This document shows positions 18,358 to 27,940 of a stretch of 35,895 nt of DNA, piece after piece (the stretch's first letter is position 1; the number at the start of each line of letters is the position of its first letter). The notes under the pieces are model-generated. The model saw only the letters and a program-made list of their open reading frames with translations. It was not told the DNA's origin and made no database searches. The stretch is from an uncultured Clostridia bacterium (GTDB taxonomy: Bacteria > Bacillota > Clostridia > Christensenellales > UBA1750). The translations under genes and the position numbers were made by a program. Location of the stretch: contig CALWKN010000188.1 in NCBI GenBank assembly GCA_944381265.1, positions 1 through 35,895 of the forward strand. Reading direction: 5' to 3'.

Positions 18358-20301
18358 TCAGGCGCCGAGCACCTGTTCGATGGGGTTCGCGCCCTTTCCT
18401 GCGCCGTGCAGGGGCGGGAGCTCGTCGCCGCGCATCAGCGCCGCGAACTCCTCCTTGTCCAGCTTCTCCCGCTCGATGAGCTCATGCGCCACGCGCTCCA
18501 GCTTCTCGCGGTTCTGCGTCAGTATCGCCGTGGCGCGGTCCAGCGCCTCGTGCAGCGACTTTTCCAGCTGCTCGTCCACGCGCGCGGCCAGGTCCTCGGA
18601 GTAGTTGCGCGCATGGCCAAAGTCGCGCCCGACGAACACCTCCTGGTCGCCGCCCAGGTACAGCGGCCCGATCTCCTCGTTCATGCCGTACTCGGTGATC
18701 ATGCGGCGGGCCAGGTCGCTGGCGCGGGAGAGGTCGCTGGTGGAGCCGGTGGAGACGTCGCCCAGCATCAGCTTTTCCGCCACGTGTCCGCCCAGCAGCT
18801 CCACGATCTGGTCGCGCAGGCGCGTGCCGGAGACGTAGTGCTTCTCCTCGTCCGGCATGGTCATCGTGTAGCCGCCCGCGCCGCCGCGGGGGATGATGGA
18901 GACCTCGTGCACCGCGTCGCAGCCGGGCAGCACATAGGCCAGCACCGCGTGGCCCGCCTCGTGGAAGGCCACGAGCTCCTTGTCCTTCTCGGTGACGACG
19001 CGGCTCTTCTTCTCCGGCCCGACCTGTACGCGGGTGATGGCCTCCTCCAGCTCGCGCATGGAGATGACCTTGGCGTTGCGCCGCGCGGCCAGGATCGCCG
19101 CCTCGTTCATCACGTTTTCCAGGTCCGCGCCCGTCATGTAGGGCGTGCGGCGGGCAAGCACCGCCAGCGACACGTCCTCGCCCAGGGGCTTGCCCTTGGA
19201 GTGCACCTGGAGGATCTCCTCGCGCCCCTTCACATCCGGGTAGTTGACGGTGATCTGCCGGTCAAAACGGCCCGGGCGCAGCAGCGCACGGTCCAATATG
19301 TCGGGCCGGTTGGTGGCGGCGATGACGATCACGCCCTGGTTGGCGGTAAAGCCGTCCATCTCCACAAGGAGCTGGTTGAGCGTCTGCTCGCGCTCGTCGT
19401 GGCCGCCGCCAAGGCCTGCGCCGCGCTGGCGGCCCACGGCGTCGATCTCGTCGATGAAGACGATGGCCGGGGCGTTGCGCTTGGCCTGCTCAAACAGGTC
19501 GCGCACGCGCGAGGCGCCCACGCCCACGAACATCTCCACAAAGTCCGAGCCGGAGATGGAGAAGAAGGGCACGCCCGCCTCCCCCGCCACGGCCTTGGCC
19601 AGCAGCGTCTTGCCGGTGCCGGGCGGGCCGACGAGCAGCACGCCCTTGGGGATGCGCGCGCCAAGGCGCAGGAAGCGGTCGGAGTGCTTGAGGAACTCCA
19701 CGATCTCGCGCAGCTCCTCCTTCTCCTCGTCCGCGCCCGCCACCTGGGCAAAGGTGACGCGGTTCTTGTCGTCGATCTCGGTGCGGGTGCGGGCCTTGCC
19801 AAAGTTCATCACCTTGTTGTTGCCGCCCATCTGCTGGCGCATAAAGAACCACCAGAAGGCCACCAGCAGCCCGATCATGATGAGATAGGGGATCCACTCC
19901 ACCCACCAGGCGGGCTCGGGTGCCGGTTCATTGAGCAGCGTAAAGCCGTAGTCCAGCGGGGTGATGGCGTCCGGGTCCGCGTTTGTCTTGGCCGCGACGA
20001 CCTGGCGGACGTCGGAGTAGAAGCTGGAGATGTCGTTGGGGATCTGCAGGGTGAAGTCGTAGCGCTCGGGGAAGGCCGAAGCGGGGATGGTCGAGTCGGT
20101 GTAGAGGCCGTAGGCGTCGTACTCGGAGACCATGAGCTGGGACACGCGCCCGTCCCGCACCAGGGACAGGAAGTCGCTGTAGCTGATCTCCTTGTTCGGC
20201 GTCTGCGCCGGCCACATCAGCATCTGCGCCATGATCACCAGCAGCAGCAGGAGCAGGAGCCAGAGCCCCGGCCCCCGCATGAAACTCTTCTTGTTGGGCA
20301 C
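18358..20301 (-). CDS. ftsH: ATP-dependent zinc metalloprotease FtsH
   Basis: Walker A GPPGTGKT, Walker [12 protein letters not shown] region and HEAGH zinc site. GTG start at 20301 (the ATG at 20280 is an alternative). Confidence 0.97.
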   Translation of the reverse strand: MPNKKSFMRGPGLWLLLLLLLVIMAQMLMWPAQTPNKEISYSDFLSLVRDGRVSQLMVSEYDAYGLYTDSTIPASAFPERYDFTLQIPNDISSFYSDVRQVVAAKTNADPDAITPLDYGFTLLNEPAPEPAWWVEWIPYLIMIGLLVAFWWFFMRQQMGGNNKVMNFGKARTRTEIDDKNRVTFAQVAGADEEKEELREIVEFLKHSDRFLRLGARIPKGVLLVGPPGTGKTLLAKAVAGEAGVPFFSISGSDFVEMFVGVGASRVRDLFEQAKRNAPAIVFIDEIDAVGRQRGAGLGGGHDEREQTLNQLLVEMDGFTANQGVIVIAATNRPDILDRALLRPGRFDRQITVNYPDVKGREEILQVHSKGKPLGEDVSLAVLARRTPYMTGADLENVMNEAAILAARRNAKVISMRELEEAITRVQVGPEKKSRVVTEKDKELVAFHEAGHAVLAYVLPGCDAVHEVSIIPRGGAGGYTMTMPDEEKHYVSGTRLRDQIVELLGGHVAEKLMLGDVSTGSTSDLSRASDLARRMITEYGMNEEIGPLYLGGDQEVFVGRDFGHARNYSEDLAARVDEQLEKSLHEALDRATAILTQNREKLERVAHELIEREKLDKEEFAALMRGDELPPLHGAGKGANPIEQVLGA

Positions 20302-20335
20302 TTTTTCGTTACGCCTCCCTTCAAGGGGTCGCTTT

Positions 20336-20881
20336 TTACGAATACATCTTCGGGCTGAGTATGCACACGTCCGGCAGGTTGCGGTAGTGTTCGGCGTAGT
20401 CCAGGCCGTAGCCGACCACGAACTCGTCCGGTATGGTAAAGCCGATGTAGTCGGCGGTGAGCTCCACGCGCCGGCGCTCCGGCTTGTCCAGCAGCGTAAA
20501 GAGCTTCAAAGAGGCCGGGCCGCGCGTGCGCAGGTTCTCCTTCAGATAGCTCATGCTCATGCCGCTGTCCACGATGTCCTCCACGATCAGCACGTCCTTG
20601 CCCTCGATGCCGTGGTCCAGGTCCTTCAGGATCCGCACAACGCCGGAGCTCTTTGTCGAGGAGCCGTAGCTGGATATGGCCATAAAGTCGATGGAACAGG
20701 GGATGGTGAGCCGCCGCAGCAGGTCGGCGAACACCGCCACCGCGCCCTTGAGTATGCAGACCACCAATAGGTCGTGCCCGGCGTAGTCGGCGTTGATGCG
20801 CGCGGCCAACTCGTCCAGCCGCCTCTGGATCTCCGCATCGGTCAGGAGCACACGTTCGATCTCGTCCTTGGAATACTGCAT
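20336..20881 (-). CDS. hpt: hypoxanthine phosphoribosyltransferase
   Basis: PRPP motif VLIVEDIVDSGMSM. Sits in the tilS-hpt-ftsH synteny. Confidence 0.95.
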   Translation of the reverse strand: MQYSKDEIERVLLTDAEIQRRLDELAARINADYAGHDLLVVCILKGAVAVFADLLRRLTIPCSIDFMAISSYGSSTKSSGVVRILKDLDHGIEGKDVLIVEDIVDSGMSMSYLKENLRTRGPASLKLFTLLDKPERRRVELTADYIGFTIPDEFVVGYGLDYAEHYRNLPDVCILSPKMYS

Positions 20882-20885
20882 CTTC

Positions 20886-22184
20886 TTACTCCTTCGGTTT
20901 GCTGTATTGCAGGATCAGCGCCTGCGCGCTTTTGTTCGTGATGGAATAGGCCGCGCCCGCGCGCACGCCCGGCAGCCAGGCGATCTCCCCGCCGCACTCG
21001 ACGACGGGCGATGCCTCCCGCAGGGCCCGCGGCACCTTTGCCTGGGAGAGGAGGTCGCTTACGAGCTTGCTGCCGCCGCCGAGCAGGCGCATGCGGTCGC
21101 CCGGCCGCCGCGCGCGCAAAGTAAGCCCGACGCGCAGCGCCTCTGCGTCCAGTACCTGGGCGTCCTTTCCCAGATCGAGTTCCTCGGGAACCGGGGCAAG
21201 GCGCAGCGTAAGGCGCCCAAGCGGCGTCTCGTGCTCCCCGAGATGCAGGGGCACGGGCGCAAAATCCGCCGCCGCGCGCACCGGGCGCACGCCGCGGGCG
21301 TCCCGCTCCAGCAGCATCGAGGCAAAGCTGGCCCGCTTGCCCGCGGGCAGGGCGTGCAGCGCCTCCAGGCGCCGCACGTCGGAAAGCTCCGGCTCGCGCA
21401 GGCCCACCGTTATGAGGTACCTGCGCAGCACCTCGCCGCGCAGGCCCTCGTGCAGCGAAAAGGCCGCGTCCTGCAGCGCCTCGCCCACGAGGTTCTCCCG
21501 CAGCGCCCGCTCGGCCTCCCGCGCGATGTAGTCGCTCTGGGCGCGGCTCAGCTCCGCCAGGCGGCAGAGCGCCTCGCCCGCGCGCGGGTTGAGGCGGCGC
21601 AGGCGCGGCATCACCTCGCGGCGGATATAGTTTCGCGAAAACGCGGTGTCCGCATTCGTCTCGTCCTCCACAAAGGGCAGGGCGTTTTCCTGCGCGTAGC
21701 GCAGGATCTGCGCGCGGGAAAAGGGCAGCAGCGGCCGGAGCAGGCCGTCCTGTTCCTCGCGCATGCCGCCAAGGCCGCGCGCCGAGGCGCCGCGCAGCAG
21801 GTGCAGCAGCACGGTCTCGGCCTGGTCGTCCATGTGGTGCGCGGTGACGATCACGTCAAGGCGCAGGCGCTCCCTCTCGCGCCGCAGGAAAGCGTAGCGC
21901 ATTTCCCGCGCCGTCTCCTCCAGCCCCGTGCCGCGGCGCCGGGCCTCGGCGGGCACGTCCAGATGCGTCAGCGTCAGCATCACGCCGCGCGCCCTGCACA
22001 TCTCCTGCACAAAGGCGCAGTCCCGCCGGGAGTTCTCCCCGCGTATGCCGTGCTCGACGTGCGCGGCGACGACGCGCGCACCCAGCGAAAGCAGCAGGTG
22101 CAGCAGCACCACCGAGTCCACGCCGCCTGAGAGCGCGACAAGGGCGCTGCGCCCTTTCAGGCACTCTGCCACGTGTTCCCGCAC
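20886..22184 (-). CDS. tilS: tRNA(Ile)-lysidine synthase
   Basis: PP-loop ALSGGVDS. Position upstream of hpt-ftsH. GTG start with a GGGAGGG RBS. Confidence 0.93.
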   Translation of the reverse strand: MREHVAECLKGRSALVALSGGVDSVVLLHLLLSLGARVVAAHVEHGIRGENSRRDCAFVQEMCRARGVMLTLTHLDVPAEARRRGTGLEETAREMRYAFLRRERERLRLDVIVTAHHMDDQAETVLLHLLRGASARGLGGMREEQDGLLRPLLPFSRAQILRYAQENALPFVEDETNADTAFSRNYIRREVMPRLRRLNPRAGEALCRLAELSRAQSDYIAREAERALRENLVGEALQDAAFSLHEGLRGEVLRRYLITVGLREPELSDVRRLEALHALPAGKRASFASMLLERDARGVRPVRAAADFAPVPLHLGEHETPLGRLTLRLAPVPEELDLGKDAQVLDAEALRVGLTLRARRPGDRMRLLGGGSKLVSDLLSQAKVPRALREASPVVECGGEIAWLPGVRAGAAYSITNKSAQALILQYSKPKE

Positions 22185-22218
22185 GGTCCAGCCCTCCCAC
22201 CGATTCGATCAGTATAAT

Positions 22219-22247
22219 ATTGTATATGGATTGGCGAAGTATTTCAA
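22219..22247 (-). promoter_or_regulatory. sigma-A type promoter of tilS-hpt-ftsH
   Basis: TTGAAA, 17 nt, TACAAT on the minus strand, in an AT-rich gap. Confidence 0.65.
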
Positions 22248-22275
22248 GCCCCGAAGCAAGTTGTTCGGAGATTTT

Positions 22276-22761
22276 TTACCGGTCGGTCTCCTCGAAGTCG
22301 GCCGCCTCCAGGTCGGATTCCTCAAAGCCCGGGTCCTCGTGCAGCGCGCGCTCCATGTTGGCGGCGATGCGGCGCAGATAGTTCTCAAACAGCGTCCGCT
22401 CCTCCGTGCTGAAGCCCTGCAGCAGCTCCTCGGCCACGCGCAGGCTCTGGCGGTCGCTGACCGCGCACATGCGCTTGCCCTCCTCCGTCAGGTGCACGCG
22501 CAGCACGCGCTGGTCGCTGTTGTCCATGTCCCGCTTCACCAGCCCGGCGCGCTCCATGCGCTTGAGCGTCACCGTGATCGTGGCCGGGGAGAGGTTCAGC
22601 GTCTGCGCCAGCTCCTTCTGGCTCATGCCGTCCGTCTTGCGCAGCAACGCCATGATCGGCGGCTGCCCGCGGAACAGTCCCACCTGCGCCAACTGCGCCT
22701 GCAGCCGGCTGTAATAGAGACGCACCACGCGCGCGAACTCTACCTCAAACTCCTTCATCAT
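22276..22761 (-). CDS. MarR-family transcriptional regulator with acidic C-terminal tail
   Basis: Winged-helix region (MSQKELAQTLNLSPATITVTLKRMERAGLVKRD). Start taken at MMKEF (22761). The upstream part of the track ORF covers its own promoter. Confidence 0.88.
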   Translation of the reverse strand: MMKEFEVEFARVVRLYYSRLQAQLAQVGLFRGQPPIMALLRKTDGMSQKELAQTLNLSPATITVTLKRMERAGLVKRDMDNSDQRVLRVHLTEEGKRMCAVSDRQSLRVAEELLQGFSTEERTLFENYLRRIAANMERALHEDPGFEESDLEAADFEETDR

Positions 22762-22816
22762 GTCCTCCACGCCGTTTCCTCCTTCGTCGCCGCCGTTTTG
22801 AAGGCTAACAATTCGT

Positions 22817-22845
22817 AGTCTAATCACTCGCGCCGCGTTTGTCAA
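22817..22845 (-). promoter_or_regulatory. sigma-A type promoter of the MarR gene
   Basis: TTGACA, 17 nt, TAGACT. Direct repeat AAGTTCACG/AAGTTCGTT just upstream overlaps the -35. Confidence 0.6.
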
Positions 22846-22962
22846 CGAACTTTTCGTGAACTTTTTTCCATAGCGTCCCGACGCCAAAAAACGGGCAGAT
22901 AAACGCCGCGCCTCCAGAGGAGGGGGAAACTCCGCCCCCTTGGAAGCGCGGCCGACGTTGTA

Positions 22963-23619
22963 TCAGACCACGACGTTTTCCGTCTCGCCGCCAAAGTAGA
23001 GGAACCAGCGCGCCCAGTTGACGATGTGGTCGCCGACGTGCTCGATGTACTGGGCCACGTTCACGGCGGTCATCACGTCGCTGTCCTGGGATTTTAAGTC
23101 GCTCTGCCTGGTGATGCACTCGCGGTAGATCTGCTCGTAGAGCACGTCCACCTCGTCGTCCATCTGCAGCACCTCGTGCACCGCCTGCGTGTTGCCGCTC
23201 AGGGAATTGGCCAGCATGCGCTCAAACATGGTCGCCGTGCGCTCGCTCATGCGGTAGATGTCCTCCAGCAACAGCACTTTGCCGTAGCGCGTGCGCAGTA
23301 TGCAGCGGCCGATGGCGGCGGCCTGGTAGCCGATGCGCTCCATCTCGTCGGCCGTGTGGATCAGGTAAAAGAGCTTGCGCAGGTCCACCGCCACCGGGTT
23401 CTGCGTGGCGATCATGCGCATGACGCGCTCGTTGAGCGCCATGCGCATAAGGCGAATGCGCTGATCCTGTTCCAGGACCCGCTCCACGATGGTGAAATCC
23501 CGGCGGCGCGCGGCCTCCATCACATCCTGCAGCGTCTCGGACGCCAGATTGCACATATGGATGCTGTCGCGCTGTATGTCGCGCATTTCCTGATCATAGA
23601 TGCTACGCATAAACCGCAC
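22963..23619 (-). CDS. phoU: phosphate signalling regulator PhoU
   Basis: Two PhoU repeats, 218 aa, immediately downstream of the pstB-like gene. Confidence 0.92.
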   Translation of the reverse strand: MRFMRSIYDQEMRDIQRDSIHMCNLASETLQDVMEAARRRDFTIVERVLEQDQRIRLMRMALNERVMRMIATQNPVAVDLRKLFYLIHTADEMERIGYQAAAIGRCILRTRYGKVLLLEDIYRMSERTATMFERMLANSLSGNTQAVHEVLQMDDEVDVLYEQIYRECITRQSDLKSQDSDVMTAVNVAQYIEHVGDHIVNWARWFLYFGGETENVVV

Positions 23620-23651
23620 TCCCCCATGATATACAAAGAACCTTTATCCCG

Positions 23652-24398
23652 TCATAGAAAGCGGGAGCTGACGAACTGCTCCGTGTGCAGGTGCTTGGGG
23701 TGGTAGAACAGGTCGCTGGTGCGGCCCCACTCCAGCACCCGGCCGTCCTCCATCATCGCCGACTCCTCGGCGATGCGGCCGGCCATCTGCGGCGAGTGCA
23801 CCGCCACGACCATCGTGCACTCCTTGCGCAGGGCGTGGATCAGCGCCTCCACCTTCATGCCGGTCATGGCGTCCAGCAGGCGCGTCGGCTCGTCCAGCAG
23901 CAGCAGCCCCGGCCGCTGCGCCAGCGCCCGCGCGATGCAGGTAAGCTGCGCCTGCCCGCGCGTAAGGCGCGAGGCGTCCTCGTAGAGCAGGTCGCGAAAG
24001 TCGTTGTAGATCTCCATGCGCCGCAGCGTCTCCTCGGCGCGCTCCTCCAGGGCCTGTTTTTTGCGCACGCCCTGCAGGCGCAGCCCGGCGGTGATGTTGC
24101 GCAGCACGGACCCGGCAAAGAGCACGGGCTCGGTAAAGACCATGCCCACTTTTCTTCGCAGTTCGTTTGGCTCCTGCATGAAGATCGAGCTGTTGTCCAG
24201 CATGATGCGGCCGCTGACCACCACGCCGCGCTCCTCCGCCATGCGGTTGATCACGCGAAGAAAGGTGGACTTGCCGCTGCCGGTCTTGCCCATCAGCGCA
24301 AGAACGTGTCCGGCCTGCGCCGTCACCGCCACGTCCCGCAGCAGGAATCGATCCTCCAGCGTGGCGTTTAAGTCCTCTACCACCAGTTGTATCGGCAA
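23652..24398 (-). CDS. pstB: PstB-like ABC ATPase with degenerate Q-loop and signature motifs
   Basis: Walker A GKTGSGKST, Walker B LLLLDEPT, H-loop VAVHS and a PstB-type C-terminus (TEQFVSSRFL). The Q-loop is VGMVFT and the signature is LTRGQAQ. TTG start at 24398 with a GGAGG RBS. The track ORF is over-extended to 24932. Confidence 0.85.
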   Translation of the reverse strand: MPIQLVVEDLNATLEDRFLLRDVAVTAQAGHVLALMGKTGSGKSTFLRVINRMAEERGVVVSGRIMLDNSSIFMQEPNELRRKVGMVFTEPVLFAGSVLRNITAGLRLQGVRKKQALEERAEETLRRMEIYNDFRDLLYEDASRLTRGQAQLTCIARALAQRPGLLLLDEPTRLLDAMTGMKVEALIHALRKECTMVVAVHSPQMAGRIAEESAMMEDGRVLEWGRTSDLFYHPKHLHTEQFVSSRFL

Positions 24399-25165
24399 TT
24401 CGCTTCCTCCCCTTCGCTCCGCCAGCGGCGCTCGGCCGCAAGGCGCAGGGCGATCATCCCCGCCGCCAGGGCAAAGGCCAGCACCGAGGCGTCCTCCCGC
24501 CCAAGCCAGGTCAGGCGGAACAGTTCCGGCGCCAGCAGGCTGTCCGGCGTCACCGCGCAGAGCAGCGCCAGCACCGCCGTGGCCTCGCACAGCACCTTTT
24601 CCGCCAGGCGCAGCAGCGCCCGCACGATCCCCGGCAGCGCCTGCGGCAGCAGCACCATCCACAGCACGGCCATGCGGCTGCCGCCAAGGGCGGTCCCGGC
24701 CCGCTCGTACTTCTCCGGCACCGCGCGCAGCGCCGCGTCCAGGCGCGAGACCAGGAACGGCAGGCACATCACCGCGAGCAGCGCCACCGTCGGCCACAGG
24801 CTCCGGCGCGCCGCGCCGCCGAGCAGCGCGTGGAAGAGCAGGCCCACCAGCACCGCCGGCACGCGCGAGAGGCCGTTTAGGAACCGCTGCACGCGGTAGA
24901 GCCTTAGGCCGTGCAGCGCCTCGTACATCCACAGCGTGATCAGCAGCGCGGCCGGCGCCGTGAACAGCAGCACCAGCAGCAGCACCAGCGCCGTGTTGCC
25001 CACCACCTGCCAGATCCCCGGCAGCACGCCCCAGGAGCGCAGCAGCGCCACGCCCGCGTCCGCCATGAGGCGGATCAGCGGCACGAGCAGCAGCAGCGCC
25101 GCCGTGGCCGACAGTGCCAGCACCGACAGAAGAAACAGCTTATTGCGCAGTTTTCTCTTCTCCAT
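24377..25165 (-). CDS. pstA: PstA-like ABC permease
   Basis: Polytopic. EAA-type loop (EKYERAGTALGGSRMAVLWMVLLPQALPG). The ATG at 25165 has a GGAGGAG RBS. Confidence 0.8.
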   Translation of the reverse strand: MEKRKLRNKLFLLSVLALSATAALLLLVPLIRLMADAGVALLRSWGVLPGIWQVVGNTALVLLLVLLFTAPAALLITLWMYEALHGLRLYRVQRFLNGLSRVPAVLVGLLFHALLGGAARRSLWPTVALLAVMCLPFLVSRLDAALRAVPEKYERAGTALGGSRMAVLWMVLLPQALPGIVRALLRLAEKVLCEATAVLALLCAVTPDSLLAPELFRLTWLGREDASVLAFALAAGMIALRLAAERRWRSEGEEANCRYNWW

Positions 25166-26006
25166 GCCGCTCCTCCCGCTCACTCTCCCTTTGCCCCGGC
25201 TCGCCCTCGTCCATGCCGCCGCTCCGCCTTTCGCCCGAAAGGCTCAGCGATATGACGGCGTTGACCAGCAGCACCAGCGCCGTCAGCAGCCCCGCCAGCA
25301 GCAGCACCAGCCCCACGTTGCTCTCCTCGCCCGTGACGCCCGCGGCGCGCAGTATGCCGGTCACCAGCGTGTCCTCCCCGCCGTAGGCCGAGAGCACCAG
25401 CAGGATCGCCACGCCCTCGCCCATGCAGCGGGCCAGCATCCGCAGCGCCACCGTCAGGTATTCCCGCCGCGCCAGGGGGAAGACGGTATGCAGCATTGTC
25501 TCATAGATATACGCTCCCAGCGACTGCGCGGCCTCCACCGCGGGGTAGAAGCGCTCGTGGATCCGCGTAAGCTCCAGCGTGTGGCGCATCAGGCTCATCA
25601 GGATCAGCGTCACCGTGACGCCCCACCAGGCCGAGTCTATGGCCGGGGCAAAGTAGGTGAGCCCCAGGTACCCGAACACCACCGCCGGGATCGCCGAGGC
25701 GCCGGAAACCGCGCTGCGCGCCCGCTGCAGGCGGCGCGGGCGCAGGAAGACAATGGCCGTGGACAGCGCCCAGGCCAGCGGAAAGGACAGCGCCACCGCC
25801 GCCGCGGCCGTGGAAAGCGTAAAAGCCGTGAGCCTGAGCCCTGTGGGCGCAAGGGACCAGACGCTCCTCAGCATCCCGGCGGCCGAGGCCCGCTCCACCA
25901 GCAGCAGCGCGACTCCCACGATCCCGACGCACAGCAGAAGCAGGAAGACCAGCGTGCCGCCCAGGAAGGCGCCCACGCGCATCAGCTTTTCCCCGGCTCT
26001 CTTCAC
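25140..26006 (-). CDS. pstC: PstC-like ABC permease
   Basis: Polytopic. EAA loop (AVEAAQSLGAYIYETMLHTVFPLARRE). Charged C-terminal tail. GTG at 26006, or ATG at 25982. Confidence 0.8.
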   Translation of the reverse strand: MKRAGEKLMRVGAFLGGTLVFLLLLCVGIVGVALLLVERASAAGMLRSVWSLAPTGLRLTAFTLSTAAAAVALSFPLAWALSTAIVFLRPRRLQRARSAVSGASAIPAVVFGYLGLTYFAPAIDSAWWGVTVTLILMSLMRHTLELTRIHERFYPAVEAAQSLGAYIYETMLHTVFPLARREYLTVALRMLARCMGEGVAILLVLSAYGGEDTLVTGILRAAGVTGEESNVGLVLLLAGLLTALVLLVNAVISLSLSGERRSGGMDEGEPGQRESEREERHGEEKTAQ

Positions 26007-26058
26007 CCTTCCTACCCTCCGCGAAGGCCCCTTTGGACGGGCCCTTTCTTACAAAGAT

Positions 26059-26087
26059 ATTGTATAAAAATTTGCCCATGAGTACAA
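26059..26087 (-). promoter_or_regulatory. promoter of the pstCAB-phoU operon
   Basis: TTGTAC, 17 nt, TACAAT on the minus strand. A tandem AACCTTAACCTT lies 8 nt upstream of the -35. Confidence 0.55.
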
Positions 26088-26140
26088 CCGGCCCAAGGTT
26101 AAGGTTCGGCTAAATCGTTCCGGCAGGCAGAATGCCCGCG

Positions 26141-26167
26141 AAAAAGCGGCCCGCATCGCGGAACCGC
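26141..26167 (-). terminator. terminator-like hairpin after phoR
   Basis: On the minus strand: gcggttccgc-gat-gcgggccgc followed by TTTTT. The stem is interrupted by a small internal loop. Confidence 0.45.
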
Positions 26168-26221
26168 TCTCTTTTTAGTGCGCTGCGTCGTCTCCCGCCG
26201 CTTTTGGGCGGGCGAAAACGC

Positions 26222-27940
26222 CTAGCTTGCGGCCTTTGTGGGCTTTGCATAGGGCAGCGTCACGGTGAACTCCGTGCCGACGCCAAGCTCCGACTGCACG
26301 TCGATCTCCCCGCCCATGTCCATGACGATGTGCTTTACGATGGCAAGGCCCAGCCCCGTGCCGCCCATGTTGCGGCTGCGGCCCTTGTCCACGCGGTAGA
26401 AGCGCTCGAACAAACGCGGGATGTGCTCCTTGGCGATGCCTATGCCCGTGTCGCGCACGCGCAGCAGCACCTTGTCGGCGTTGCGCTCCACGGAAACATG
26501 GACCTTGCCGCCCTCGAGCGTGTACTTGATGGCGTTGTCGATGAGGTTGATCAGCAGCTGCTTGACATGGTCCTCGTTGGCGGTGATGAAGGCGTCCGCG
26601 CCCGTCTGCACGGAGAGGGCGATGTTCTTTTGCCGGGCGCTGTTTTCCAGCATCAGGCAGACGTCCTCGGCGTGCTTGCCCAGGTTCAGCCTCTCCGTGG
26701 GCACGCGCATGCGCCCGCTCTCCATCGAGGAGAGGGAGAGCACGTCGTTGATCAGGCGGGAGAGGCGGTCGGTCTCCATGGAGATGATCTCCAGGAACCG
26801 CTTTGCCATCTCCGGATCCTCGATGGCCCCGGCCTGCAGCGTCTCGACAAAGCCCTTGATCGAGGTGAGCGGCGTCTTGAGCTCGTGGGTGACGTTGGCG
26901 GCAAAATCGGTGCGGATCTGCTCCAGATTGCGGATCTCGGTGATGTCCTCCATCAGCGCCACGGCGCCGATGGACTCGTTTTCATGCTCCAGGGGCGAGA
27001 TGTAGAGGCGGATGAGGCGGTGGCGCGGCGCGGCGCGCACGGGCAGCTCCAGCGTGATGAGCTCCTCGTGCTCCATGGCCTCCTGCAATATGGTCTCCAG
27101 ACGCGAGTTGCCGGTGGCTTCCAGCACGTGCTTGCCCTCGACGGCGCCGGTGACGCCCAGCATATGCTTGGCGGCGTTGTTCATCTGCACCACGTGCAGC
27201 TGGCCGTCCACGGCGATGAGACCGTTGAGCATATGGTCGATGATGGACTCCAGCTCCGCGCTCTTGTGCTGGAGCTTTTCCACCGTCTCCTGCAGGCGGG
27301 TGTTCATCGACTGCAGCGTGCGCAGCAGCTGGTTGAGCTCGGCGTAGCCCTCGATGCGCAGGTTGACGTTGTAGTTGCCGTCGATGATGCCCTGCGCCGC
27401 GCGGGAGATCTGGTTGATCGGGGTGATGATGCGGCGCGCCAGGGCAAAGCTCAGATAGATGCACACCAGCAGCAGCAGCGCCATGAGCGCGGCAAACAGG
27501 CCCCAGTCCCCGTGGCGGAAGACCGTCTCCGTCTTGGTCATGCGCAGGATCGTTCCGTCGTCGTCCAGGACCGACACGGCGATCTCCATCCGGGCCAGAC
27601 CGTCGCGGAAGGTGATCTCCGTGCCCGTGCCGGTGGACAGGGCGTCCAGCACGTCCGGCTGGTCGAGATAGTAGCCCGCCTGGGCGGCGGAGTCAAAGAG
27701 CAGCGCCCCGCTGCGGTCCATGCGCACGACGCGCGCGCCGGTCAGGCCCGAGACGCGGCGGAGCACCGCGTCGTCCTCGATCGCCCCGGCGGCGTAGCGC
27801 GCCGCAGTGAGCAGCTGCTCCTGCAACACCCCCTGCTCCTCCTGCATGGTGATGCGCAGGGCGAAGAAGGAGGCCAGCGCCACCACCAGCAGCGCCAGGG
27901 CCGCCGCCGTCACGACGACGCGCCGATGCATGGATTTCAC
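26222..27940 (-). CDS. phoR: PhoR-like sensor histidine kinase
   Basis: Two TMs flank an extracytoplasmic segment of about 130 aa. Then HAMP, PAS, HisKA (FAANVTHELKTPLTSI) and HATPase (GTGLGLAIVKH). The start overlaps the regulator stop (ATGA). Confidence 0.88.
   Translation of the reverse strand: MKSMHRRVVVTAAALALLVVALASFFALRITMQEEQGVLQEQLLTAARYAAGAIEDDAVLRRVSGLTGARVVRMDRSGALLFDSAAQAGYYLDQPDVLDALSTGTGTEITFRDGLARMEIAVSVLDDDGTILRMTKTETVFRHGDWGLFAALMALLLLVCIYLSFALARRIITPINQISRAAQGIIDGNYNVNLRIEGYAELNQLLRTLQSMNTRLQETVEKLQHKSAELESIIDHMLNGLIAVDGQLHVVQMNNAAKHMLGVTGAVEGKHVLEATGNSRLETILQEAMEHEELITLELPVRAAPRHRLIRLYISPLEHENESIGAVALMEDITEIRNLEQIRTDFAANVTHELKTPLTSIKGFVETLQAGAIEDPEMAKRFLEIISMETDRLSRLINDVLSLSSMESGRMRVPTERLNLGKHAEDVCLMLENSARQKNIALSVQTGADAFITANEDHVKQLLINLIDNAIKYTLEGGKVHVSVERNADKVLLRVRDTGIGIAKEHIPRLFERFYRVDKGRSRNMGGTGLGLAIVKHIVMDMGGEIDVQSELGVGTEFTVTLPYAKPTKAAS

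Noticed and set aside
23652-24932. Over-extended N-termini in the track for pstB (to 24932). The same applies to sigE (to 31866), spoIIGA (to 32656), the amidase (to 34731), folC (to 3275), icd (from 8214) and MarR (to 22887).
   Set aside because: The extensions overlap upstream genes or promoters and are Arg/Pro/Ala-rich. They precede internal start codons that have good RBSs and give the conserved family N-termini.
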